NCBI RefSeq assembly: GCF_000143415.4
Contig: NW_003314291.1
Location: 1,069,702-1,133,701 of the forward strand
Direction: 5' to 3'
DNA length: 64,000 nt
Source: Selaginella moellendorffii
Lineage: Eukaryota; Plantae; Lycopodiophyta
Shown here: piece after piece, positions 1 to 12,789 of the stretch
Layout of the letters: the number at the start of each line of letters is the position of its first letter
Numbering within the stretch: the first letter of the stretch is position 1
Made by a program: the position numbers and the translations under genes
The notes under the pieces: generated by a model
Databases searched by the model: none
Told to the model about the DNA's origin: nothing
What the model saw: only the letters and a program-made list of their open reading frames with translations

Positions 1-1400
1 CTTTTGTTCACCCAACCATTATACCGTTATTCTAGCTTGCTAGACTATGTTTGCAGCCATGAAATTATCCAAAGCACCCATATCAATAAAGATCTTAATA
101 AAGCTACTTTCGAGCTTCCCTCGAAGGGCTAGTAAATGTCGCAAATAACTCTTTACCAAAGTTGCTCGTGTAATGAGTAATTTTGAGTTAAAGACTGGAT
201 CATGTACCTCAGTTTGGATTTCACCCAACTTAATGGTCATATTAACTTTGGCCTTCTTTGGGTAGGGACATTCCCTCAAAAAGTGTCTTGCTTCACCATA
301 GTTGAAGTATATATTGTTTCTCACGCTACTAGCAAATTTGACTTTCTTATTAGTGGGTTTATTCCTTTTTACTTAACTCCCTCACGTACTTGCTTGCTAG
401 CCACTAAATTTGCCTTTCCAAAACTCTAAGGATTTATTTTTAAAAAAATTCATTTTGAATTTCCCTTTGCCATATGTCCCCCTTGGTTTGGCTTTTTTAT
501 TAAACATGGACCCCAACCTCGTTGTGTTCCCCTTTCGCAAATTATCATTGAAATGCACCTTGATAACAACATCAAATACTTCCTTATAGTTGGTTGAGTT
601 CCAATGCATCACCTTTCCTCAAACCCAATTCTATAAGCTTGATATGAAGGTATGGAACGCATTCATGTCGCCCATATCTGTGACAAGGATTCTCTTCGCC
701 ATGAACACATTCACATACTCTTGAATGGTTCCTGTCTATTTTAGCCTACTCAACTTATCCTTTAGGTGCAAAGTAACATTCGAAGGAACATAAGTTGCAT
801 AAATTCTCACTTTCATCATTTCTCAAGTGGCTACTGATCCTTTAATGACCTTTGTTATTCTCCACCAAGACTTAGCATTATTTGCCAAGTATAGTTTAGC
901 ATATAAGACCTTTTTCAAGCTCAGTAACCACAACACTTGGAAGTAATCCTCTATATTGTAAAATCAATCTTCCACCACTTTATAGTCATTCACTCCCTTG
1001 AAAACCGGTGGGGGCTTTAGTTTGTACTTGGGAACTACTTGAGGGATTGATTTCACTTTGGTTTATTTGACCTTATTCAGTTTCGCCTCAATCCCTACCA
1101 AAGGGTCCATGCCTTTTGCGTTGCCAGGATCTGCAATCTTTTGTTTTTTTTTCCACTTCTTGTCACGCTTTAGCTTGCATGTGAGGGTCTCCAGTAGGGC
1201 ATTAGTTTGTGCTAATTGTCCTTTTAAAACGCCCAGTTGAGCTTTGGTCACCATCGGACTCCTATTTTGAAGTTTCTTCACTAGAATCTTCTTTATGTAA
1301 AGATTCCTTATCTATAGCTTCTTGTTCAACCGAAGGCTTTAGCTTCGAAGGAGGTTCCATCTTTGTCTTGGTTCTCTTACACCCTGCCTTAGCTATCTCC
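1..1400 (-). pseudogene. gag: gag/protease pseudogene of Gypsy copy 1
   Basis: ORF fragments 1063-1281, 397-612 and 40-324 align with gag of copies 2-4; many stops. Confidence 0.85.
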
Positions 1401-2508
1401 TACCAATCCACCTCTATCCTTTGATAGAACTGAAGAAAAGACTTTAATACTAAATTGTAAGCCACAAATATTTCCTTTTCAATTTGCTAGTTTACTTCGT
1501 CTATTCAACCACTATGGCCTTGGCCTTAGTTAAGTTCCCTTGCCAAGGTTCTTTTCTATTGTATCAACTTCTACTTTGTCCTACTTGGTTTCAACAACTT
1601 ACTACACAAGCAACGGAGCATTAACCATCCATCCACGGATTCTCAATTTCTTTCCTAATCCCCCTCCTTGTGTTAGACTGGACTTAAAGTTCAACAACAC
1701 TCCCCATAAGCATAAGCAACTAAGTGCACCAAGCCTCCATGTTCCTAACATCCCTTGGTATAATAAAACTTGATCATAGGACCCTCTAAATCCCAAGCCT
1801 TGGGTGCAACACTTATTTCAAGATACCAAGGGGAAACACTGTGGCCTAACGACATAATATGGGTACCCCTACTTTCCCACTTCCAGCCTAAAGGGAAGGC
1901 CCAAGCCCCTAAAAAGGGGCAAGGACCAATGAGCCGCAAGGTACTTAAGTGAAGCACCATTCTATATGAGCCGAGAGCACCGCAATCGGTTTCCCTTCTA
2001 AGAGTGGGAGATACTCTTGAGCATTTCCTTAGGTAGCCCCTCTAGCACCACCCAAATCTATGCTCACTCCCACCCAAGGCCCTTAATCCCCAGTTTCAAC
2101 CTTAAGTCAGTTTAAAAACACCACTAGAGAATTCTTTCAAGAGTGGTTTTTGGACTTCACTATCCCTATTATAATTTTAGACCCCTTACATTCCCCCCCC
2201 CCCAAAGGAAACACAAACTTTTGGCTTTCACCCACAACTTATATTATATTCGGACTTGGTCTTGAACTTGATCTCAAACTTGACTTTAGTTTTGGTCTCA
2301 GACTCGATCTCACAATCGATCTCGGACCTGACTGTCTTAGACTCGATCTTGGACTCAGTCTTGGACCTGATCTCGGATCTTGGACACGGTCTCGAACTCA
2401 GTCTCAAAATTTGTTTCGGACTCGATCAAACTCAATCTCATCCGATGAACTCTTTATGCTTTCGAAGATCCTTTAGTCTACGACACCTTGGGGAGTTGGT
2501 TCCTTACA
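1..2508 (-). mobile_element. Ty3/Gypsy LTR retrotransposon copy 1 (old, degenerate; 5' LTR + gag, continues left of window)
   Basis: LTR 1456-2508 (TGTAAGCC...CCTTACA) homologous to the other LTRs. Degenerate PBS at ~1441-1452. Gag fragments with a decayed zinc knuckle (IYFNYGEARHFLRECP) and protease start (IFIDMGA). Confidence 0.9.
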
Positions 2509-3804
2509 GAAAGATGCCATTGATTAATGAGATATCATATTGAATTGACATAGAATACAGTGAAAAGATCCATTCCTCACTATGGTACAATAAAACGATT
2601 ATACAACTCTTATTTTCCAGAATATATTTGGCAAAAAATATATATTGAAAGAAAGGAAGTTACATTTAATATTTTATATAGTCATATTAAGCTATACAAT
2701 CAAGATAATACTATTATAGTAGATAGTATGAGGTACAAGTGTGCAGCTATGATGCTGTATACTAATATTAATGTAGTGGGATTTTGGTAGAAATTATATT
2801 GGTTTCAATCCAAACCACTTGCTCTTGTATATAAGTTAAAACAATTTTGGGTTAATTGATATACACATTTCTTGTAATCTTTTTCTATATTCCATCCATT
2901 CACATTGATCAAAATGAGGGGTAGCTTTGATTGCCCTTGAGAAGTGCTTAGATTTGGGATATTTGGTTTAAATCTAGCTTTTGTATTATCTAGATCTCCT
3001 TTTTCTTTTAGTTTTTTCTATTTCTTTTCTTTGCTTTTTGGTTTAGATCTAGCTTTTGCATTGTTTAGATCTTCCTTTCTTTCTAGCTTTTTCCATTTTT
3101 TTCTTTTGCTTTTTCCTTTTCATTCCTCTTCATAGTAAAGTAGTGGTCTCTTCCTCCTTTGACTCTAAAGTAGTAGTTGGTGCAATTGCTCAATACTATG
3201 CGATTGCAGTTGAACAACCAAACTTAGTTGATGGTAGCATTCATAGTGCATGGTATAGCTCCACTTGCTCTTGCTGCTAAATCCCATGTTGGACCAAAAA
3301 TTCCTTGGTGTCACGAATGTAACTTTAGGTATCGAAAGTTACCTATTAGCTATTCCTTTTGGATATTCTTTCCTTACTGCCACAACAGTAGGAGGTCGGT
3401 ATTGTTAATTCCCTATATCAGCCCCTCCTATTCAAGTGTTAGTAAATTAGGCTTAGCACCTATATTTAGCCAGATGGACATAAGGTAGAAACTCTTATAT
3501 ATTTTTAGCTGAGCATACTTGGCCTAGCTCTTGTTTCTCTTTTGCTCTATCTTGCACTGGCTTGACAAGAACCCTCGTGTATTAAGATTAGTCCCTCAAT
3601 AACACTGGATAATAGCTTATTATGTCTGCCAAACACCCTTGCTATCATGCCCTTTGTGTTAGTCTCATTCTAGTCCCAAATACTATTTATGGAAAGTGTC
3701 TTGGCATATTTACAGAATGTAAAGATTGTTTTGAACACAATGGTGTTCATCCCATGTTTAAATTCACAATCTAGGGACATTCCATATTTAGTAAGAGGGT
3801 GGTT

Positions 3805-3885
3805 AAGGGTGAAAGCCCAAAGCATGTATTCCTTGAGGGGGGGCAATAGGGGGTTCCAAATATATAGTAGGGATAGTGGGTGACT
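3805..3885 (+). repeat. Inverted fragment of the conserved LTR core block
   Basis: GGGTGAAAGCCCAAAGCATG...GGGGGTTCCAAATATATAGTAGGGATAGTG is the reverse complement of the block found in both LTR families. Confidence 0.7.
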
Positions 3886-4239
3886 TAGTTTAGCTCCGTT
3901 TTGTGTGCTGGTCTTGGCATTAGAATATTAGATGCTCTAGAACTATTCTAAGTCGCTCTGTGCTTCTATTCCTTTGCTCCTTGGGCTGTATGCTCAAAAG
4001 TTGCTATGTGGTTCAGTTCTATTGCTCCTTAACTCCATGCTTAGGAGTTTAGTTTTGTACCTTTGTTCAATGGCCCAAGGCCTTGAAACTCGGGTTCCAC
4101 ACCATTGTCTTTTACACACGTAGTATATGGCACGTGGCATGTGACATATGGTATATGGAGGGGTTAAGTTCTGCTTTGTGGTTATCCTATGGTAAATCAC
4201 CATAGGATAAAGGGTAAAAACCATGTGTGCTACACCTGG

Positions 4240-4900
4240 GGATGATATATAGCATTGGTTTGATCACTTCACGGTGATTGCCATATATCAATCTTGGGAT
4301 GATACTTGACGTTTGCATGAGTTCCCACGTATCTCTAAGGGACGGTGCTGTAGTGGTCCAATGGTTTAAGCGTAGCCACTTGTAGAGGATTGGAGTATTT
4401 TCCTGGACATCTTCAAACGCACATTTGAACATGCTGACAATTGTGATAATGCCTTCCAACAATTGCATCATCTTTGTCAAGGGCTATCTAAGTTAGTGAT
4501 GCAGTTTGGCATTTGTTTCCGAAGCCTTTTGCTTCATGTGGAGCCAAATATGTCAGAGCAAATCAAGTTAGGAATGTTGTGGTCAACATTTCGTCAAGAT
4601 CTTGTAGGACTTGTGCATGCATTTGCTCCAATCACCCTTAATAATGATACTATTCACCTAGCAATGTTATGAGATGTCACCTTTTCCACCACATGTCATT
4701 CAGCTCCACTTTTTATGAGAGATGGTCTTGTTCTAATAAAGGTTGATGTTGTTGCTGCCCGAGTTCAAGGACAAGGGCAAGGACGTGGTTATGGCCATGA
4801 TGTCCCTTATTGGGCATATGATAAAGTTGGTCACATTTATCAGCATTATCAGCATTTTCCAAATTGGTAACCTCCATTTCCTGGGTGGAGACTTTGGTGT
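4240..4900 (+). pseudogene. Degenerate retrotransposon gag of a different family
   Basis: Broken frames read WFDHF...EDWSIFLDIFKRTF...AFQQLHHLCQG...MSEQIKL, then an RG-rich tract and a decayed knuckle-like segment (YDKVGHIYQHY). Confidence 0.55.
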
Positions 4901-5620
4901 CAATAATGTTCTGTTAGTGCTATTGCAATGGAAGGTTTAGACATTGAGATGCATCTGGAAAATGAGGAGTCGCATGAGTAGTGGAGGGACCATGCTTAAA
5001 TAAGTCAGTGACCCCTTCATTTTTCTTTTGGGAGTATCATCAACGGGTTCACTTAGCACTAGTTTATCCAATGTTTATTTTCCAAGCTTGTTTTTACAAT
5101 AAAAGGTTTTCTATTATTCTTTGCATTTTTGTTGATACAGGTTCGAATTTATCTTCTATTGCTCGACCTATTGTATATAGCACATTTTATTATAAGCCAT
5201 AAATTTTTTCTTTCCAATTTGCCAGCTTACCTCGTCTATTCAACCAACCCCGTCTTAGCTTTAGCTAAATTCCCTTGCCAAAGTTCCCGCCTATGGTACT
5301 AGCTCCTACTTGGTCCTACTTGGTTTCAACTACTCATTGCACGAGCCACGGAGCGTTAACTATCCATCCACGGATTCCCAAATCTCTCCCAATCCCCCTC
5401 CCCGGGTTAGATTGGACTTAAGGTTCTGCTACACTCCCCACAGGCACAAGCAGCCAAGCACACTAAGCCTCCAGGTTCTTAACATCCCTTGGTACCACAA
5501 GACTTGATCATGGGACCCTCTAAATCCCAAGTTTTGGGTGCAACTCCTGCTTTGGGACGCCAGGGCGAAACACTGTGTCCTAACGACCTAATATGGGTAC
5601 CTCTACCCCCCCACTTCCAG

Positions 5621-6340
5621 AACCATACTTAGGTGCTTCAATCCCTTTCGAAAGCTTCCACAGTCAAACCATTTGCTTCTACATCCCAAACAAACCAGGG
5701 GATACCTCCAAACCATTCAAATGCCATTTTAGCAGCATTCACTCTCTGCGTTATCTCTTTGGCTTCTTCCGATCCACTCTCGTAGTCTGTCACGCATTTC
5801 CTCCAAGAAGACACAAGAGCATCGTACTCCTGCTTTTCCCACGCAGGCAGATAGCAAGTGAATGCTGTCCGCTTGGCTTTTCTGACATTCAACTCGTCTG
5901 GTGATGAAGCAGCAACAAGGGTTTTATTTCCAACCATCCGCCCCAAGTCCACTCACAGATCAATGAGATGGTATCTACTTTGTTGTCCAGCACAATCTCC
6001 TGAGGGAAGTCTTCTCTATTCACCACCCTGAGCTTGTTACCCTTGAACATCAAAACAGTCGCTCTGGACTCGTAGATCATGACCGGAAGTACCAGACGAA
6101 TGCAGATTTACCAACCCTCGAATTTCCATTCAAATGGCAGCACAACATCCACATGAACAGCACCAGAATCTTCCTGATCTCTTTGTACAACCCATCGAAT
6201 ATCTCCTTCACGTACAGCTTCAGAATATTGCTGTGGAATGTGGTCAGACAAGCACCTTGAGCAAGAAATTTCATCCATTCCAGATGGAACATTGATCCAC
6301 CATGCCTGCTGAGATCTCCTAACATAGATTGCATGTTCCC
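5621..6340 (-). pseudogene. Crinkler/RHS-type P-loop NTPase fragment captured inside an LTR
   Basis: Frames read LYVKEIFDGLYKEI...GNSRVGKSAFVWYF (decayed Walker A)...LVAASSPD...YLPAWEKQE...FEWFGGIPWFVW, the motif order of CR-NTPase/RHS proteins. Stops and frameshifts present. Confidence 0.6.
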
Positions 6341-6822
6341 ACAGGAGGCAAAGCATATTATTGTATGTTTTAATTGAAAAGCATTTAGCTCAAGCGTTAC
6401 AATGAGCTATCCAATAAGAGACAACTCCTTAAAATGGACATTCCAACAATGGCCTAATCTTCATTATTGAGCTTAGTCCTGGGTTCATTTTAAAAGATTG
6501 TAACCGAGCTTAGTCTTTGTACTGTGGGTTCCTTGTAAAAGATTGTAATTAGAAGCTCTATTAGCTAAAAGAGTGATGGAATCACAAGGAATCCAATCAC
6601 GGTGGCGTTCTTCAGGCCACTTTAGCACACGACAATGACATCCTCAATGTTAACAATCCACCTTGCGTGTACTAGTGCTCCACAATCGGGCAAGTCTCTG
6701 CATAGGTTCATCATTTGGCGAGGAGCCCCACGTAGCTACATGTTATAACTTATGCTCTAGCATTCTTGAGGCCAGTTTCGTCCTACTAGATGGTACATCC
6801 TGACAAAGAACTTTTCTGATTT

Positions 6823-6887
6823 CGGAAGTGAATGTGATCTAGTCGGGAGTCATTCCTTCCAAGACCATCTCCTGGTAGAGGATCAAA
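6823..6887 (-). pseudogene. PPR motif fragment
   Basis: Translates LILYQEMVLEGMTPD*ITFTS, matching a PPR helix-B/helix-A junction. Confidence 0.5.
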
Positions 6888-7893
6888 TTAAAGCGTGGAA
6901 GAAATTCCCAGTGAGAGCACTTTCTTGGGTGGCCCCTCCCGCACCATCGAGTCTATACATACTCCCACCCAAGGCCCCTTGGCCCCAGTCTCAACCTCAA
7001 CTCAATTTGAAAGCACCACTGGAAAGTTCTTTCAAGATTGGTTCTTGGACCTCACTATCCTTACTATACTTTTGGAACCCCCCCCCCCCCCTGGGAGACA
7101 CACGCTTTGGGCTTTCACCCCTTGACCTATATTAGTATTTGGACTCGGTCTCAGACTCGATCTCGAACTCGATCTTGGACACGACTTCGGACTCGGTCTC
7201 GAACTTGATCTCGGACCCGATCTTGGACCCGACTTCAGACTCAATTTCGGACTCGGTCTCGGATCTGATTTCGGATCTTGGACTCTGTCTTGAACTCGGT
7301 CTCGAACTCAGCCTCGAACTCGGTCTCCGAGTCAGTCTCGGACTCTATCCCAGACTCGGTCTTAGAGTCGGTCTTGGACTTGATCTCAGACTTGGTCCCA
7401 TCCGATGAACTCTTTGTCATTTCGGTCATGCTTTTGGGGATCCTTTAGCCTACGACACCTCAAGGAGTTGGTTCCTTACAACTCCACCACCCATAGAAGA
7501 AGTTCGATGCCCACATTGAACGTTTCGTTTTATCCTACGACTTGTTGACCATGTTTCTGGGGGCATGCCCCCACTTAACGGTGTGCCTAAGTTAGCCTCC
7601 CCGGCCAAGAGCCCATGACAACGGAGTATAGGTGTCCCTATACCTCTCACTTCACCACGCCCTAGTATGGGGTTGGGACTTGAACTCAGCCTTGCTTTAC
7701 TAGGGGGTTGGGACTTGAACCCAACCTCCGTAGAATACGTCTACGGATTCGACATCCCTACAAGGAGTCGAGCGTAGTTCCTTATGCCTGGTCGACCTAG
7801 TTAACCCATGCTAATTAACTTACCTTCGGCGCACCTTCGGGTCCCAACATATGCCATTGCTCAACTTCACAAATTGATACTTTTAATTGAACT

Positions 7894-10800
7894 TACCTTC
7901 CGCATCTACTTCCATTGTGGTGGGTATGAAATGTGCCATCTTCGAAAATCGGTCCACCACCACAAATATCGCATCACACCCCTCACTTGGGGGGAGTCCC
8001 GTGATGAAGTCCATCGTTAGACATTTCCACGGACGATTTGAAATTGGGATGCTTTGTAATAAGCCCCCATTAGCCTTAGTCACGGCTTTGACCTGCTGAC
8101 ATGTTGGACATGTCTTTACATAGTCTTGGATGTCTTTAGCCATATCTAGCCAGTGGTATTTACTCTTGAGTAAGCCCATTGTCTTGGGCACTTCACCGTA
8201 TCCCGCAAGAGGTTCGTCATGACACTCTTCTAAGGCTACCTTCCTTAGTTCCCCTTTTGGAACATACACTCTCGTTTGCTTGTAATAGATGAGTCCATTG
8301 CATTCCGCATAACCCGTTTTCTCTTTCGTTAACAGCTCACCTCTCTAGTGAGCTTCTTGTGTCTCTAGATTCCTCAGCAACACTTCCTGTGCTAGACCAT
8401 CGTTCTCATATGTCGTCCGCACGTCATCCCAAAAGGTTGCTGTTGCACTGGATATCGCCAACTTCAAGCTTGCTTTTCAACTTAGCACATCCGCCACGAT
8501 GTTGCTCTTCCCAGGCTTGTACAAAATCTCGCAATCAAACTCGACTAAAGCATTAGCCCACCGACCTTGTTTCCCTCTCATATTGGGCTGTGACAAGAAG
8601 TGTTTCGTTGCCATATGGTCAACCTTGAAGTGTCTCCCAAGGTAGTGTCGCCACTCCTTGAGCGCCTTAACCACCACAAAAAATTCCTTCTCGTGAGTAG
8701 GCCACTTCCTTTGAGCCTTATCTAACTTCTTCGAGAAGAATGCTACTGGATGGTTGTCTTGCTTCAAAACTGCACCCAACACAAAGTCTGAAGCATCCAT
8801 TTCTACCTCAAAGTCCTTACTAAAGTCTAGTAACGCCAACACGGGAACCTTCCTCAACTTCCCTTTGAAGTAGACAAATGCCACCTCACATTTTGTTGTC
8901 CATACCATCTTCCCTTTCCCGTTTGGTCCGTTAAGGGTAGGGCTACTCTCGAATAGTGTTTGATAAACTTTCAGTAGTAGTTGCATAGCCCCAAGAATGC
9001 CCTTAACTCGTGTACATTTGATGGTCGCTCCCAATCCTGTATCGCTTGGACCTTCTTAGGGTCCACCTTGAGCCCGTCCTTGCCCACCACATGCCTGAGA
9101 AACTTTACCTCTTGTTGAGCAAAGTCACATTTGCTCTCTTTAGCATACAGCTGGTGTTCCCTTAGTTCCTCAAACACCTTTGTCAAGTGTTCGGCATACT
9201 CCTCTAGCGTTTTGCTATAGATCAAGATGTCGTCAATATAGATGACCACAAAGTGATCTAGATAGGGTACAAAGATGTGGTTCATCAACGCCGAAAACAT
9301 TGCCGGTGCATTGCATAGCCCGAAGGGCATCACCAGAAACTCAAAGCTCTCATACCTTGTTCGACAGGTTGTCTTCTCGACATCTTCCTCTGCTACCCTA
9401 ATTTGGTAATATCCTGACCTTAGGTCAATCCTCAAGAAGTATTTTGCTTTTCCCAACTTATCGAACAGGTCTTCAATCCTTGGCAAAGGGTACTTGTTCT
9501 TCTTTGTATACTTGTTGAGCAACCGGTAGTTTATGCACATGCGCATAGATCCATCTTTCTTTTTCATAAATAACATCGGCGCCCCATACGGCGACTTGCT
9601 CAACCTAACATACCCTTTGTCTACCAACTCCTTTAATTGGCGCTTGAGCTCTTTGAGTTCTTTTTCATTCAAACGATAGGGGGGACGAACCACTGCCTCA
9701 ACACCCTCGACCAGCTCAATTTTATGTTCTCTCGGTGGTGCGGGGGGCAACCCCGCTGGTAGCTCCTCTGGCATGGTATCCTAGAATTGGTCTAACACTT
9801 GCTAGATCACTAAAGGCACTTCTTCCATTCCTGTCTTTTTGTCACTCTTCACCGAGAGTAAGCACAAAAATGCTGCCTTAGTTCCTTTAGTGAATTGTCC
9901 TCTCGTGGACACCAGGTTTAAGCAGGAGTCTTTGGCCTTGCATTGCCCTACCTTTAGATCCTGAGCCTCCATCCTGGATCTTCTTCCTTGGGCATTCGCT
10001 AGTACCACAAGGTTCCTACCTTGTCCATGTAGGGCTACCACGAACCGATTGAATCAATCCATCCCAAAGATCACGTCAAATCCCGCCATGTCCAACACGG
10101 TGAAATCCATGCCTATTTTCCATGTCCCTACTTCGACTCTCGTTTGTCGAAGTACCTCATCGGTGCTTTGGCTACCTTGAACAAACTCTATAGTCCTTGG
10201 TTCACCTAGCCACTACACCGTTAGTCCGGCTTGCCGGATTATGTCTACAGCCACAAAATTATCCGAAACACATGTGTCAATAAGGATCTTAACAAAGCTA
10301 CCTCTAAGCTTCCCTCGGAGGGCTAGTAGATGTTGCGAATGACTCTCTACCAAAGTTGCTCGTGTAATGAGTAACTTTGAGTTAGGGACTGGATCACATA
10401 CCTCATTTTGGATTTCACCCGACTTAATGGCCATATTGGCTCTAGCTTTCTTTGGGTAGGGACATTCCCTTGAAAAGTGTCCCGCTTCACCGCAATTGTA
10501 GCATACATTGTTTCCCACGTTGCTAAACGACTTGATCTTTTTATCAGTGGGTTTGTTTCTTTTTGCTTGACTTCCCCACATATTTGCTCATTGGCCACTG
10601 GATTTGCTTTTCCGGAACCCCAAGGACTCATTCTTAGAGAAACTCTTTTTGAATTTCCCTTTGCTATACGTTCCCCTTGGTTTGGCCCCTTTGCTAAATG
10701 TGGACCCCAACCCCGTCGTGTTCCCCTTTCGCAGATTATCGTTGAAGTGCACCTTAATAGCTGCATCCAACGCTTCCTTGTAGTTGGTCGAGTTTCAACA

Positions 10801-11601
10801 CATCACCTCACCGCAAGCCTAGGTTTGCAAGCCTGATATGAAGGCATGGAACACATCCATATCCCCCATGTCCGTGACAAGTATCCTCTTTGCCATAAAC
10901 CCATTCACATACTCTTGAATGGTTCCGGTCTGCTTCAGCCTACTTAGCTCGTCTCTTAAATGCAAAGTAGCATTCGGAGGAGCGTAAGTCGCGTGAATCC
11001 TTGCCTTCATCATTTCCCAAGTGGCCACCAGTCCTTCGTTAGCCTCTGTCGTTCTCCACCAAGACTTGGCATTATCTGCCAAGTATGGTTTTGCATATGG
11101 GACCTTCTCTGAGCTTGGTAACCTCAATGCTTGGAAGTAGTCCTCCATATCGTAAAACCAATCCTCCACCACCTTATAGTTGTTCACTCCCTTGAAAACT
11201 GGTGGGGGCTTTGGTTTGTACTTAGGAACTGCCTGAGGGACTGATTGCACTTCGGTCTATTTGACCTTGTTTGGTTCTGCCTCCATCCCTACTGAAGGGT
11301 CCGCACCTTTTGCACTACCAGCATCCGCAGTCTTTCGTTTTTTCTTCCGCTTCTTGTCACACTTTAGCTTGCGTACGAGAGTCTCGAGCAAGGCATTGGT
11401 CTGTGCCAATTGTCCTTCTAGAACGTCCAATCGAGCCTTGGATGACCGAACCTCGCCACCGGACTCCTGTTTGGAAGTTTCCTCACTAGAGTCCTCCTCA
11501 TGCAAGGATTCCTCATCCATAGCCTTTTGTTCAATCAGAGGCTCCAGCTCTGGCGGAGGTTCTGTCTCCGCCTTGGTTCGTTTATGCCTTGCCTTTGCCA
11601 T
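7894..11601 (-). pseudogene. gag-pol pseudogene of Gypsy copy 2
   Basis: Gag, CCHC knuckle (CYNCGEAGHFSREC), protease, RT (YIDDIL), RNase H and integrase N-half. A deletion junction at ~7894 removes the integrase C-half and chromodomain. Confidence 0.9.
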
Positions 11602-12406
11602 CTCCCAGAAATCCGCCTCTATCCTTCGCTAGAACAGAGGAAAAGGCTCTGATACCAAATTGTAAGCCACAAATTTTTCCTTTTCAATTTGCCAGCTTAC
11701 CTCGTCTATCTGACCAACCCCACCTTGGCTTTAGCTAAATTCCCTCGCCAAGGTTCCCGCTTATGGTACCAGTTCCTACTTGGTCCTACTTGGTTTCAGC
11801 TACTCACTGCACGAGCCATAGAGCGTTAGCCATCCATCCACAGATTCCCAAATCTCTCCCAATCCCTCTCCCTGGGTTAGACTGGACTTAAGGTTTGGCT
11901 ACACTCCCCGCAGGCACAAGCAGCCAAGCACACCAAGCTTCTAGGTTCCTAACATCCCTTGGTACCACAAGACTTGATCATGGGACCCTCTAAATCCCAA
12001 ATCTTGGGTGTAACTCCTGCTTTGGGACGCCGGGGCAAAACACCATGGCCTAACGCCCCAATATGGGTACCTCTACCCCCCCACTTCCATCCCGAAGGGA
12101 AGGTCTAAGCCCCTAGGAAGGGCGAGGACCAATGAGCCACAAGGTACTCAAGTGGGGCACCACTCCACATGAGCTGGGAGCACCGCACTCGATTTCTCTT
12201 TTGAGAGTGGGAGTTGCTCTTGAGCATTTCCTTGGGTGGCCCTTCCCACACCACTTGAGTCCATGCTCATTCCCACCCAAGGCCCCTCGGCCCCAGTCTC
12301 AACCTCAAGTCAATTTGGAAGCACCACTGGAGAGTTCCTTCAAGACTGGTTTCTAGACCTCACTATCCCTACTATACTTTTGGAACCCCCTGCAGCCCCC
12401 CCCCCC

Positions 12407-12789
12407 NNNNNNNNNNNNNNNNNNNNNNNNNNNNNNNNNNNNNNNNNNNNNNNNNNNNNNNNNNNNNNNNNNNNNNNNNNNNNNNNNNNNNNNNNNNNNN
12501 NNNNNNNNNNNNNNNNNNNNNNNNNNNNNNNNNNNNNNNNNNNNNNNNNNNNNNNNNNNNNNNNNNNNNNNNNNNNNNNNNNNNNNNNNNNNNNNNNNNN
12601 NNNNNNNNNNNNNNNNNNNNNNNNNNNNNNNNNNNNNNNNNNNNNNNNNNNNNNNNNNNNNNNNNNNNNNNNNNNNNNNNNNNNNNNNNNNNNNNNNNNN
12701 NNNNNNNNNNNNNNNNNNNNNNNNNNNNNNNNNNNNNNNNNNNNNNNNNNNNNNNNNNNNNNNNNNNNNNNNNNNNNNNNNNNNNNNNN
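12407..12789. other. Assembly gap; 12790-13080 is a low-quality re-read of the LTR segment left of the gap
   Basis: N run bordered by a poly-C tract. The right flank is a homopolymer-smeared version of ~12120-12406. Confidence 0.9.

Noticed and set aside
2509-3690. Possible gene or element in the AT-rich and TCTAGATC-rich segment
   Set aside because: No recognisable motifs, termini or sustained frame; probably a decayed TE.
7139-7429. Ser/Asp/Leu-repeat ORFs in LTRs, or a CRISPR-like array
   Set aside because: These are translations of 6/12-bp tandem arrays; there are no unique spacers and no cas genes.
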